Source: a virus | Lineage: Duplodnaviria; Caudoviricetes | IMG/VR virus record: IMGVR_UViG_3300035670_000716 | Location: 1-35,884 of that record | Reading direction: 5' to 3' (one strand) | DNA: 35,884 bases | Shown: one piece after another, positions 7,652-16,967 of the stretch | How the letters are laid out: every line of letters begins with the position of its first letter | Numbering within the stretch: the first letter of the stretch is position 1 | Translations under genes and position numbers: made by a program | The notes under the pieces: generated by a model | The model's input: only the letters and a program-made list of their open reading frames with translations | What the model was told of the DNA's origin: nothing | Databases searched by the model: none

Positions 7652-8419
7652 CTAGTCGGTCTTGCCGAACGCTTCTGCGCTCGCGTTGTCCAGCGGCCTC
7701 GGAGTCGCGTATTGACGCAGCTGCCGATTGACGCGCTTCTTGATGATCGCCATTGCTCGGTTGCGGCTCGGAGCGTCCTGCCATGGTCCGTAGAGGGATC
7801 GCTGACCGATCAGTACGCCGAATCGGTCCTTGCCGACCCTCTTGACCCTTGGCTGCTCCCATGCAGGTCGCTTCTTCGCCACCCTGCGAGCGGTTGCCAG
7901 TCCGCGCTTACCTCGCCACGGACCAAGAAGGCGCTGGTTCTTCTTTGCTCCTGGATCCTCGAACCAGTAGAGCTTCGGACGCGGCTGAGTCTCGCGCAGA
8001 GCCTTCGGCACGATGATGGTAGCGCCACGAATGTCACGGATCGTCCGCCTGACTCCATCGCTGACGTTCCCACCTACGCAATGCCAGATGTTCGGATCAG
8101 AAGTCGGTGCGACTGCGATCTCAACATGCCGTGGTGCCCAACAGACAGCCGCCCCCGGCCTACATGCCCCGGTAAGACGCTCACTGATAGCGCGAGCCGC
8201 GAACACCGCAGTAGAGGCGCTGCACACATCTGTCTCAATGCCGCCTACGCGCTTCCAGCACCATTCGACGAACGCCGAGCACCAGGGCCAACCTGTTCCA
8301 CCAAGATCTGTCGCCGCCTGATACTGCCTGACGCGAGGGCCTGTATTCGATCCCATCGGCACTTCAGTAACGCCGACTTCGGCAAGCGCCACCTTGACAA
8401 CAGCATCGCCCTTGGTCAC
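7652..8419 (-). CDS. Endolysin: CHAP-like peptidase plus SPOR-like C-terminal repeats
   Basis: WPWCSAFVEW (Cys), RHVEI (His), GGN; two GPW...A..A repeats. Confidence 0.8.
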   Translation of the reverse strand: MTKGDAVVKVALAEVGVTEVPMGSNTGPRVRQYQAATDLGGTGWPWCSAFVEWCWKRVGGIETDVCSASTAVFAARAISERLTGACRPGAAVCWAPRHVEIAVAPTSDPNIWHCVGGNVSDGVRRTIRDIRGATIIVPKALRETQPRPKLYWFEDPGAKKNQRLLGPWRGKRGLATARRVAKKRPAWEQPRVKRVGKDRFGVLIGQRSLYGPWQDAPSRNRAMAIIKKRVNRQLRQYATPRPLDNASAEAFGKTD

Positions 8420-8712
8420 TTGGACTCCTTGGCTTTCTTATGCCGCTCCAGCATCCTCTGACCCTTCTCGTAGAGCTTGGCTCGGTCCTTGTCGTTCTTC
8501 GGGACCGGCTCGCCCCACCTGGCCGCCGCCTCAGCTCTTGGAGTCGGCTCACCATTCTTCTGCAGCGCACCGGGCGCATTCGGAGAGTAATGCCTTACGA
8601 GGAATGCGCCCTTACGCGCCCATGCTGTGGATGAAGGGTCGCTGCCGGCGCTCAGGACGGTCTTCTTGCCGCCAGGTGCGCGAGTGCTTGCCCCATAGCG
8701 TGGTTTCGCCAT
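8416..8712 (-). CDS. Basic hypothetical protein in the lysis region
   Basis: Lys/Arg-rich, coupled to the endolysin by a GTGA overlap. Confidence 0.65.
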   Translation of the reverse strand: MAKPRYGASTRAPGGKKTVLSAGSDPSSTAWARKGAFLVRHYSPNAPGALQKNGEPTPRAEAAARWGEPVPKNDKDRAKLYEKGQRMLERHKKAKESK

Positions 8713-8715
8713 GAG

Positions 8716-8946
8716 CTACAGGATAGTCACCAATACGCCGCAGACGCTACCCACGGCTGCTGCAACGGCTGCAACACCCATGATCATCTTGCCGATGCTG
8801 CCCTTGCCGTGGTCGCGCCCGTTGCGGTGCGCCTCGGCCTCTTCCAACTTGCGAAGGCGTCCGTTGAGTTCCGCGCGGTATGACCGGACCTCCTGCGCAA
8901 CCTCGGCCAGCCCGTTATACAGGCGGTCCACATCGCTGGTGGTCAC
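8716..8946 (-). CDS. Coiled-coil protein with C-terminal TM helix (XhlA-like lysis accessory)
   Basis: RLRKLE coil then a hydrophobic C-terminus; GTG 8946 overlaps the upstream stop. Confidence 0.6.
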   Translation of the reverse strand: MTTSDVDRLYNGLAEVAQEVRSYRAELNGRLRKLEEAEAHRNGRDHGKGSIGKMIMGVAAVAAAVGSVCGVLVTIL

Positions 8947-9533
8947 GACGCCACCACGCTCGCGTACCCGTAGACCTGCACAGCCCCGGTCATCGCGCCA
9001 TTGGAAGTGCTGAGTGTGAACCCGTCGTGCTGCGTGTTCGCGCTTTGCGCCGCCCACACTTCCTCAATCTCGCCAGCGGCAGCGTTGCGATTACACATCG
9101 AATGGAAAAAAGACGGCTGCGCGAGTTGCGGAGCCATGCACATCACGGTAATGGCGTGGTAGCCGCTCGCATCATTCGCGCCGATACGCACTGTTGCCTG
9201 CGCGGTTGTCTTGCTCTGGCTATAAGTCGCTGCCCATGCCATGCGAGTGAAGTTGTAACCGCTAGTAGTCGTCACGCCGCCAGCGCGAAACCGAAAGTCA
9301 AACGTGCCACCGCCTAGCGTCGTCTGACAGCGCAGCATGATTAGGTAGTTCTCGTAAGCCGACGTGAACACGCTGTCAAGCGTGGCCGCTGATGCTGCTG
9401 TAAGCGTTGTGGCGTTTATAAGGACCAGCGCATCACGGCTATACAAATGCGACAGGTCACCGCTCACCACGTTCATGCTGGCAGCGGTAAGCGTCTGCCC
9501 TGCGGTGAAGGTTTCGGGGGTCGTCCACGGCAT
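8943..9533 (-). CDS. Minor tail / tail-fibre protein
   Basis: FTAGQTLTAASMN N-terminus, beta-rich, VYGY C-terminus; TAATG coupling. Confidence 0.7.
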   Translation of the reverse strand: MPWTTPETFTAGQTLTAASMNVVSGDLSHLYSRDALVLINATTLTAASAATLDSVFTSAYENYLIMLRCQTTLGGGTFDFRFRAGGVTTTSGYNFTRMAWAATYSQSKTTAQATVRIGANDASGYHAITVMCMAPQLAQPSFFHSMCNRNAAAGEIEEVWAAQSANTQHDGFTLSTSNGAMTGAVQVYGYASVVAS

Positions 9534-10063
9534 TAGGACACCTGCCCGAGCCATGCGACGGACAGGCGAGCCTGCTCGCGCGCGTATGCGGTCGCGCTTC
9601 CGACAATGGCGTAGTTGCTTCCACCGACAAAGGCACAGGCAGCAGTGACGGTCTGCGCTGCCGCGAGCGAATAAGCAGCGGAAACGCTCGCGTATGAGTC
9701 GTTCCCGTTTGCGACGTTCGCGTAGGTCTGCGCCGAAAGTTGCCCGCTAATGTAGATGCCAGCCGTCATAAGCGTCACAGTCGCCGTGGCCGTGATGCCG
9801 ACGTTGAGCGTGATGACATATATCCCCGGCGTCTGAATAGTCACGCTGCTGCCGCTTGTCCACATGCCGTCCGTGTCGTACCGCTCGGCCTGCCATGTAA
9901 TTGCCGTGTTGCTGGTGTAACCCGTCAAGTTTGATGTGCGGTACACCTCGCATGCGGGCGGAACACGCAATTGCCGTGAAGTCTGCTGCACGTTGTTATA
10001 CCCAACGGCGGTCAATACATCGCCGGTCGCAACGTCTGTCAGAGTCGGGAACGTATAGGCCAT
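9533..10063 (-). CDS. Tail-tip / receptor-binding protein with C1q/TNF-like domain
   Basis: ITW..E.YDTDGM...TIQTPGIYVI jelly-roll pattern; lies after the tail hub gene. Confidence 0.7.
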   Translation of the reverse strand: MAYTFPTLTDVATGDVLTAVGYNNVQQTSRQLRVPPACEVYRTSNLTGYTSNTAITWQAERYDTDGMWTSGSSVTIQTPGIYVITLNVGITATATVTLMTAGIYISGQLSAQTYANVANGNDSYASVSAAYSLAAAQTVTAACAFVGGSNYAIVGSATAYAREQARLSVAWLGQVS

Positions 10064-10076
10064 TTAGCGCCCCCTC

Positions 10077-11348
10077 CTAGAAGGCGAAAACGTCGGCGCC
10101 ATCGAACTCGGATGTGCCGAACACGATGGGTGGATTGACGGGCACGCGGCTAAGCGTGAATGCCACCTGATGAAGCTTGCCGCCGTTGCTCACTTGATGC
10201 TCGATTCCTTCGATATAGAAGTCGGCAGTCCCCTTGATCGTGGAGTCTGCCACGGTGATCCTGTCACCGAGATCCCTGGCGAGAGCCGTGACCATCGCGT
10301 TGTCGCTCTTGTTCGCCACATATCGTAGCGAGCGAACTGGAGGACTTGGATCTTTCCCCTGGCTGACGAGCCACTGGGCGAGCGCCGTACCCTGCGCCGC
10401 GTTGTTGATGTACGGACTGTCAATCGCCGGGTAGTCGCTGTATCCGTAGTTGGTGGAGGATACGTAGTCCGTCCAGGTGGCCGTACCCGAACCCGTCTTG
10501 GTGACTCGCGCTCTGTTCTTCACGTTCGTCAGGTCGGTAGCTGCGATAGCCGACGCTGCGCCGTCAGTCACCGTTCCGCTACTGGCTCGCGTATAGCGGT
10601 CGTAGCGGTCCCTGTAGACGATCGTTCCGCCGCGTGAGTGAAAGAACTCTCCACGCTCAGTCTCTATGAACCCTTCGATCAGCTGAAGAGCAGTCTCCGC
10701 ACCGTCATTGGAGAATCCTGAGTTGATCGTGTCCCCGGTATCGAGGCTGCGATAGCTCGTATTCGTCCAGTCAATCGCCGTAAGGACTGTGCCAATAGCC
10801 GCGCCGGTCGTGACGGTTCCGGTATTCGTGATCGTCGGCTTGGCTCGCGAGAGATAGAGGAATAGATCCTGAGCATGCACGACTGTCTTCCTGGCCTGCT
10901 TGCTCGGATCGTGCTCAATGCTTCTGACGAATCCTCGGAACTGTCCATACTCGGTCCCTCCGAACGTCGCTGCGATTCGGATAGGACGCCCGGGGATGAC
11001 ATTGGGGTAGAGCGGAGAGCTTGTATTGAACGGCGAGTAAGTGCTGTCCAGATCCTTCAGCGTGATTGTGGCCTCGCCAGCAGAGAATGACGATAGGTTG
11101 TCATCCCTCCCGCGCCTGATGGTCATGCTCTGAACATCAGCGGATACATCTGCATAGAGAGCGTCACTCTCGGTGCCGAAGAGATCGGTGCCACCGAATG
11201 TGCTGATGCCGAACACCAGCACGTCCAACGAGTCGCTGTACTGATTCGTCAGAACGTCGGTGCCATTCAGACTTGATCCGTCCAGCATGAACGCATTGCT
11301 GATCAGCGGCTCCCAGGCGATGCGTACGCTGTATTCGGCCTCGGCCAC
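10077..11348 (-). CDS. Tail hub / distal tail protein
   Basis: Follows the tape measure gene; TIRRGR...AGEATITL, ETERGEFF, DLGDRITV, IEGIEH siphovirus minor-tail motifs. Confidence 0.8.
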   Translation of the reverse strand: MAEAEYSVRIAWEPLISNAFMLDGSSLNGTDVLTNQYSDSLDVLVFGISTFGGTDLFGTESDALYADVSADVQSMTIRRGRDDNLSSFSAGEATITLKDLDSTYSPFNTSSPLYPNVIPGRPIRIAATFGGTEYGQFRGFVRSIEHDPSKQARKTVVHAQDLFLYLSRAKPTITNTGTVTTGAAIGTVLTAIDWTNTSYRSLDTGDTINSGFSNDGAETALQLIEGFIETERGEFFHSRGGTIVYRDRYDRYTRASSGTVTDGAASAIAATDLTNVKNRARVTKTGSGTATWTDYVSSTNYGYSDYPAIDSPYINNAAQGTALAQWLVSQGKDPSPPVRSLRYVANKSDNAMVTALARDLGDRITVADSTIKGTADFYIEGIEHQVSNGGKLHQVAFTLSRVPVNPPIVFGTSEFDGADVFAF

Positions 11349-14300
11349 TAGATCGTTGCCCGCACCTGGCGATCCAGCGCAGACTGAATCTCACGCGCCA
11401 CGCGATCCGCCTGCTCACGGCTCATGCCGGCGAACGTCTGATCGCTGACGTTGAGATTGATCGTAAGACTGCCTGCCCCAGCTGATGCGGAGATCGTCGG
11501 TGCGACTGTGGCGCTCGCGATAGCGCCCTCCAATCCAGCAGTATCCACGCCCTGAGCAAGGCCTGACGCCAGGCCGTCGAACCAGTGATGCAGGTCCGAC
11601 ATAGGACCCTTCTTCGTCGGACTACCCGTCTTCAGATAGTCCTCCAGAATCTTGGCGATAGCCTTGCCTGCGGCTCCGATCCGAGGAAGAACCTCAGTCA
11701 ACCCGGTAGCGAAGTTCTCACCGAGGTTCTTGCCGCTAGAGAGGAAGGCGACTGCGAGTTGATTCAGACGAGCGATGGTGCCTCTCGTCTTCTTCAGCGA
11801 CATGTTGCGAACATCCTCGAAGAACTTTGTCATGCGAGCAAGAGCGCCCTCCAGCTTGGCTCGCTCGTTCTCGCGCTGCGCGTCGTAGAGAGCCTGCTGA
11901 GTAGCGAGCGCCGCCTCTTCCTGCGCCTGGCGCTGCGCCAGTTGAGCCTCCAGAAGCATGCGCTCGTTTTCCCCGGCAAGACGCTTCTGATCCAGTGCAT
12001 AGTCCAGCTGATCCTGCAGGTTCTGACGACGACCGGCCCACTCGGTATCGAACGCATCCTGCGCCGCCTGGCGATCTGCTTCGCGCTGCGCTCGCTCTTC
12101 TTCTGCGGTCTTCTGGAGATCGGCGATGGTCTGCGCTCGGACTGCATCATCTACGGCCTTCTTCGCCGCAGCGATGGATGCTGGATCACCGAAGTCCTGC
12201 GCCTCACGCAGCTTGGCCTGAGCATCACTGACAGCACCAGCTAGATCCTGAGACTGCGCTGCATCCTGCAGCGACCTGATGCGAGACTCTGCTGGGGTCA
12301 GCTCGTCGTAGAACTTCGTCAGACTCTGCTGCGCGTCACGCATCATCAGATCGAACTGACGGAACGACACCTCAGTAGCGACAACATCGCCAGCGGTGTT
12401 CTTCAGAGTGCCCTTGAAGTTGCGCTCGATGCTCTTCAGATCGTTCGCCAGGCGCTCCTGAGCCTGTTCGATACTCCCGGTGATACGAGTCCACACACCG
12501 TTGATCTGCACATATCCGCCTTGGAACTCGCGGCCTATGTCGTCCATACGGGCCTTGCTGCTATCGGCCATGCCCTTCAGAGCGGTCTGGGTCTGCGTGT
12601 CAAATCTCTTCAGCGCCACTGTAGAGAGAGCCTGGCCAAGCGATCCTGCCGCACTGCGGATACCCTCTGTGCGCTTCTCGCGAGCCGCCTTGATGCTCTC
12701 GGCGCTCGGCTTCTTGCTGCCGCCCTTCGCGCCCTTGCCCTTCGCGAAGGCTGCGCCGGTACGCCTCAGCGCATCGTCAATCCCCATGCCGCCGTTGACC
12801 AGCTCCTGCTGCCGCCTGTTGAGGACGACTTCTCCAGCAGTGAGCATCGCCGGCACGCGATCACGACCACCGGGGCCGCGCACAAGACCACCGCCTGCGA
12901 ACCCGGTGACGTAGCCGCCAGCGAACTTGCCCTGCACCTTGGACTCAGTGACGTTGATGCGGACATTCGCCACCTTGCCGTCAAGGCTCTCAACCTTCTG
13001 AATGAGGTTGTCGAGCTTGGTGATCGCAGGCTGCACGTTCTTCCCCAGGTTCACATCCGAGAAAGCACGCGCCTTGCCAGCCGCATCATTGAGAAGATCA
13101 CCCGGCTTCGCATTCGCGATCTCGCGGAGTGGCTTCGCCAGGTCGCTTCTACCCATCGCATCGAACTGATCCGCAGCTGCGCGAGCGTTCTGCTGCAGCG
13201 ACTTGAATCCCTGATCCTGCGAGAGTCGCTTGTTGAGTGCGTCAATGGCCGACTCGTAGTCCTTCGCGGCCTTCGATCCCTTGCCCCCGGCCTGCGCTGC
13301 GAGCCTCAGTCCGCTGATGCGCGTCATTTCAGCAGCAGATGCCTCACGCATCCTCGTCGTGACGTTCTGATACTCGGTCCTGAGTGTGCCGAGGGACTGC
13401 TTGACGCTGCCTGCCGCCTGCGACTGATTTCCCATCGAAGTCGCCAGGTTCGCCTGAGCTGCGGTGAGGCGCTGGACTGCGGAGGTGTATTGCGGGCCGC
13501 TGGTGATGCCCTGCCTGCGGAGATCCTGCACCTGGCGCTCGGCAGCGGCGACCTCGTCTGCTGCCTGCTTGGTTGCCATCTGCGCCTGTGTGTAACTACC
13601 GACTGCGCCGAGCAGCGTTCCGACTGCATCGGCAGCATTGCGAGCAGCGGTATCGAGTCCCTGCAGCGCCTGCGCGTACACCTGCGCCGGGGGCGTTCCT
13701 CCGAAGAGTCCCGACGAGAGAGCGGCGATTCCACCTACAAGAAGACCGACGCCGGCAGCAGCAAGTGCCCACGGGCTGCCGCCCCCGGTAAGAGCAGTCC
13801 TCAGAGCGGTCATCGCCAGGCCAGCGCGGCTCATTCCCGCCTGCATAGCCGTAAGACCGGGGGCAAGTCCCACAGATGCCGCTGTAATGCCCGTGAAACC
13901 GCTCTGGAGGGCCTTAGAAGCGCCTGCGAGGGCCGTGACACCACTTACTGCCGCCTGCACTACCGCAAGCTGTCTGAGGCTCTGTACGAAGGCGATGACC
14001 TTATTCACCGCCATAGCCGTCAGCAGAGCGGCGACAGCGCCGGTCGCCACTGCGGCCAGGGGTCCGAATCCAGCGATAGCCGATGCTGCGGTGGAGAGCG
14101 CCCCGGCGAAGAGTCCGAGAGGACCGATGGTTGCCGTGACCACATTCCCGAGCGTGGTGAATGCGGCCTGAGCAATCGTGCCAATGTCAGAGAGCAGATT
14201 CTTGAAGCCTTCGCTGCGAAGCAGTTGTGCTGCAAAACTGCCGAACGCTGATGCGGCCTGAGTGAACGCTGGCACCGCTGCCTGCACCACGTCATTCAGA

Positions 14301-15109
14301 ACAGGCATGAGGGAAGTCATCGCCGGCAGCAGTCCGACGCCGATCTGCGCCTTCGCATTGGCGACCTGAGCGGCGAAGATCCTCTGCTGGTTGGCTGCGC
14401 CGCCCGAAGTCCTGGCGAAGTCACCCTGAGCATCGCTCGTCTGCTTCAGAATCTGCGCCTGAGCTGCCAGCACGCGCTGCTGCGGAGTCAGGCTGCCCTT
14501 CGTGGTCTTGATGATGCCCATCGCCAGCGCCTGCTGCTTCAGCGTGGCATCGTCCAGCAGCACTCCGTACCTGCGGATCGGCTCGCTCTCTCCTCGGAGA
14601 GCAGCGCCGATAGCCAGGATCGCCTCTTCGGGTGAGGTGTTGTAGAACGATGCGAGATCAGCAGAGAGAGTGACGAGCCTGGTGCTGAATCCCGTCAGGC
14701 TCTTGCCCGAGAGTCCTGCGCTCTTGCCGAATACCGCGAATGTGGATGCGGCATCCAGAGCAGCAGTCTTGGAGAGGCCCATGCTCTTGGCTGCCTGATT
14801 CGCGAACTGCTCAATCGCCCCGGCGCTACGACCGAAGATCACGCGAGTCTTGCTCATGGACTCGTTGAGATCGGAAGCGGCCATAGTGACCGTCTTGATG
14901 CCCTGTATCGCCTTTGTGACGATGAAGGCACCGGCTGCGGCCTTCATAGCGATACCGAGCCTGCCGAACCCTGCTGAGGCCCTGCCTACCTGCTTATCCG
15001 ACGTAGCAGCGAACGTCGTGATCTGAGAGTTGGCCTTCTTGAGCTGTCGCTCCAGGTTGCCGATGCGGGCACCGAGTTCGACGTATGCCGATGCGACCTC
15101 AGTTGCCAC
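11348..15109 (-). CDS. Tape measure protein
   Basis: 1253 aa, Ala-rich and helical; ASDLNES, GESEPIRRYGV and GPG.D.VPAML.GE.V motifs. Confidence 0.95.
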   Translation of the reverse strand: MATEVASAYVELGARIGNLERQLKKANSQITTFAATSDKQVGRASAGFGRLGIAMKAAAGAFIVTKAIQGIKTVTMAASDLNESMSKTRVIFGRSAGAIEQFANQAAKSMGLSKTAALDAASTFAVFGKSAGLSGKSLTGFSTRLVTLSADLASFYNTSPEEAILAIGAALRGESEPIRRYGVLLDDATLKQQALAMGIIKTTKGSLTPQQRVLAAQAQILKQTSDAQGDFARTSGGAANQQRIFAAQVANAKAQIGVGLLPAMTSLMPVLNDVVQAAVPAFTQAASAFGSFAAQLLRSEGFKNLLSDIGTIAQAAFTTLGNVVTATIGPLGLFAGALSTAASAIAGFGPLAAVATGAVAALLTAMAVNKVIAFVQSLRQLAVVQAAVSGVTALAGASKALQSGFTGITAASVGLAPGLTAMQAGMSRAGLAMTALRTALTGGGSPWALAAAGVGLLVGGIAALSSGLFGGTPPAQVYAQALQGLDTAARNAADAVGTLLGAVGSYTQAQMATKQAADEVAAAERQVQDLRRQGITSGPQYTSAVQRLTAAQANLATSMGNQSQAAGSVKQSLGTLRTEYQNVTTRMREASAAEMTRISGLRLAAQAGGKGSKAAKDYESAIDALNKRLSQDQGFKSLQQNARAAADQFDAMGRSDLAKPLREIANAKPGDLLNDAAGKARAFSDVNLGKNVQPAITKLDNLIQKVESLDGKVANVRINVTESKVQGKFAGGYVTGFAGGGLVRGPGGRDRVPAMLTAGEVVLNRRQQELVNGGMGIDDALRRTGAAFAKGKGAKGGSKKPSAESIKAAREKRTEGIRSAAGSLGQALSTVALKRFDTQTQTALKGMADSSKARMDDIGREFQGGYVQINGVWTRITGSIEQAQERLANDLKSIERNFKGTLKNTAGDVVATEVSFRQFDLMMRDAQQSLTKFYDELTPAESRIRSLQDAAQSQDLAGAVSDAQAKLREAQDFGDPASIAAAKKAVDDAVRAQTIADLQKTAEEERAQREADRQAAQDAFDTEWAGRRQNLQDQLDYALDQKRLAGENERMLLEAQLAQRQAQEEAALATQQALYDAQRENERAKLEGALARMTKFFEDVRNMSLKKTRGTIARLNQLAVAFLSSGKNLGENFATGLTEVLPRIGAAGKAIAKILEDYLKTGSPTKKGPMSDLHHWFDGLASGLAQGVDTAGLEGAIASATVAPTISASAGAGSLTINLNVSDQTFAGMSREQADRVAREIQSALDRQVRATI

Positions 15110-15112
15110 TCG

Positions 15113-15295
15113 CTAACCCTTTCGCTGCTTCTCCGCTTCGCGAGCCGCCCTCTCGCGCTCTCTCATCTCGTAACGATAGTAGGCGATCCATTGCGTCATT
15201 TCGGCTCGCGTCATTCTCTGATCAAGCTCAGAGACTGTCATTCCGAGATCACGCGCTATACGGAACCGCCAGGTTGTCTCAGGCCTCTTCCAGAA
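15113..15295 (-). CDS. Tail assembly chaperone frameshift extension (gpT-like)
   Basis: +1 frame reads FWKRPETTWRFRIARDLGMTVSELDQRMTRAEMTQWIAYYRYE...; lies between the chaperone and tape measure genes. Confidence 0.75.
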   Translation of the reverse strand, partial: FWKRPETTWRFRIARDLGMTVSELDQRMTRAEMTQWIAYYRYEMRERERAAREAEKQRKG

Positions 15296-15674
15296 ACGTG
15301 GCCTCGGCGTCCTCCAGAGCGGAGATACCGATGCCGCTCAGAGCCATAACTCGGTCAAGAACCCGGTTGATCGCTCGCATGGACTGACTCCGCACCCACT
15401 CATAGCCGTCATCGCCTAGCTCAGGCTCCACGATGCCGGCGATCACCAGGTAGGTCTGCAGCTTGGTTTCGTCCAGATTGCCGCGAGCGTCCGTGGCCTT
15501 CTGCTGAACCTCCTGATATGCCGCCATGGAGAGTTCACGCACCTTCACGCGAGAGTCCCACTCGGGCACATCAATCCACTCTTCGCGGAGAGTCTGCTTC
15601 TGCAGCAGATCCTCCACCGAAAGAACGGGCAGCGGCTGCCCCTCAGCCGCGCCCTTCGCCCCGGGCTCAGTCAT
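15279..15674 (-). CDS. Tail assembly chaperone (gpG-like)
   Basis: E.IDVPEW...VKVRELS...VEPEL; TGATG coupling to the tail tube gene. Confidence 0.8.
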   Translation of the reverse strand: MTEPGAKGAAEGQPLPVLSVEDLLQKQTLREEWIDVPEWDSRVKVRELSMAAYQEVQQKATDARGNLDETKLQTYLVIAGIVEPELGDDGYEWVRSQSMRAINRVLDRVMALSGIGISALEDAEATFLEEA

Positions 15675-16084
15675 CAGACCGTGCCCCGCGTGACAGCACC
15701 GGAGTTCTGGAACTCGGCGCTGAACCCGACCGCATCGCCCACATCGGCGCTGACCTCGAACGAAGTGAGGATTGCTGAGCCGCTGTAGTACGGACGGCCC
15801 GAAGCTGAGCCAGCCGGAAAGACCTTCCAGGCGCGAGGCGTACCGCCAAGCAGACCCGAGAGGTAGCCGTCCACCGTGCCGTCCCACTTACCCTCAATGG
15901 AGATCGTGCGGTCACGAAGGCCGGTGACGTACACCTTGTCGTCGTCGCCGAGAGTCGAAACCTCGGCAGTCTCCACCTCGGCGGGAATGCCGACAGAGGT
16001 GGAATAGCTGGTGAAGTTGCGCTCGGTCCCACCGGAATCGGTGATGTAGACCTCGGCATCCTTACCGTGGAAGAAAGTTGGCAA
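15674..16084 (-). CDS. Major tail tube protein
   Basis: ETAEVSTLGD...YVTGLRD.TISIEG...YSGSAILTSFEVSA.VGD; AGGAG RBS before a TTG start. Confidence 0.85.
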   Translation of the reverse strand: MPTFFHGKDAEVYITDSGGTERNFTSYSTSVGIPAEVETAEVSTLGDDDKVYVTGLRDRTISIEGKWDGTVDGYLSGLLGGTPRAWKVFPAGSASGRPYYSGSAILTSFEVSADVGDAVGFSAEFQNSGAVTRGTV

Positions 16085-16092
16085 CGTAACTC

Positions 16093-16794
16093 CTAACCGC
16101 GACCGAAGCCACAGACGAACGTGGCCGTGCCGCTGGTGATCGTATAGGTGAGCCTGGTGTAGCGGTTCACGGTTCCGGTCCCGGTAGTGCGGAAGGACTT
16201 GTTGGATGCCGTGATTGTGCCGACCGTCAGATAGTCAGTGTATGTGACGTTATCCGAGGACGACTGAATCTTGATGACGACGCTGCCCGCAGCTGCGGTG
16301 GCATGCGCGTAGGCATATCCGCCGTTCGCGGACGAGGCACCGTTGTCATAGACCGCAGCGGTGCCGCTGGTGCTGCGCTCTGCGAGAGCGTGGTGAGAGA
16401 TCAGCTGCTCGGTGCCGACTGAGGACTGACCCTCAATGCTCACCATGACCACATCACCCACATCAGCCGTGCGCTCGGCGGAAGTCACGTCCAGGTTGTA
16501 TCCCCGACCGCTGCTGCCTGCCGCATCACCTGACGGATAGATGCTCCAGATGCTCTTCGTGCCAGATCCAGTGATGGAGTGAACATCACCATCGAACGTG
16601 GCATCGAACAGACCCTCGGCGCTGATCGTCGCGTCCTGCATTCCAACAACGTAGGTCTTGTCATCGTCAGAGAACGTGGTGCTCTCTGCCGTATCAACCT
16701 CTGCGCTGCTGGATACTGAGCGGAGGTAGCCGGTCAGATCGTTGTCGTCCTGATAGACAACAGCGTTCTTCCCATGCGTGAATGTAGGGCTCAC
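16093..16794 (-). CDS. Tail tube paralogue with extra C-terminal beta domain
   Basis: First ~125 aa align by eye with 15674..16084 (PTF.HGK.A.VY, AEV.TAE..T..DDDK.YV.G..D.TIS.EG, ADVGD). Confidence 0.75.
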   Translation of the reverse strand: MSPTFTHGKNAVVYQDDNDLTGYLRSVSSSAEVDTAESTTFSDDDKTYVVGMQDATISAEGLFDATFDGDVHSITGSGTKSIWSIYPSGDAAGSSGRGYNLDVTSAERTADVGDVVMVSIEGQSSVGTEQLISHHALAERSTSGTAAVYDNGASSANGGYAYAHATAAAGSVVIKIQSSSDNVTYTDYLTVGTITASNKSFRTTGTGTVNRYTRLTYTITSGTATFVCGFGRG

Positions 16795-16967
16795 TTGGAC
16801 TTACCTCCGGTGGGCTTCTCCGGCTTCTGCGCTCCGACCTCTTCAATGAGGCCGTCCTTCAGAAGCCACTTGACGCTCTTATCCGGGAGATCGTCCACAA
16901 CATCACCCGGCTCGGCTCGCTTCCCGGGTGGGTAGTCGAGTCCGACGAGCGCACGATACTTGCTCAT
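16791..16967 (-). CDS. Small virion-associated protein (58 aa)
   Basis: Manual translation MSKYRALVGLDYPPGKRAEPGDVVDDLPDKSVKWLLKDGLIEEVGAQKPEKPTGGKSK; 4-nt overlaps on both sides. Confidence 0.8.
   Translation of the reverse strand: MSKYRALVGLDYPPGKRAEPGDVVDDLPDKSVKWLLKDGLIEEVGAQKPEKPTGGKSK

Noticed and set aside
12521-14251. 576-aa plus-strand ORF, and the many other antisense ORFs
   Set aside because: Shadow frames of GC-rich minus-strand genes (here the tape measure gene); no recognisable motifs
15675-15887. Upstream extension of the tail chaperone ORF (likewise for 2579.., 2941.., 6128.., 7368.., 8716.., 16964.. and 31892..)
   Set aside because: The extensions overlap neighbouring real genes; coupled starts or RBSs support the shorter versions
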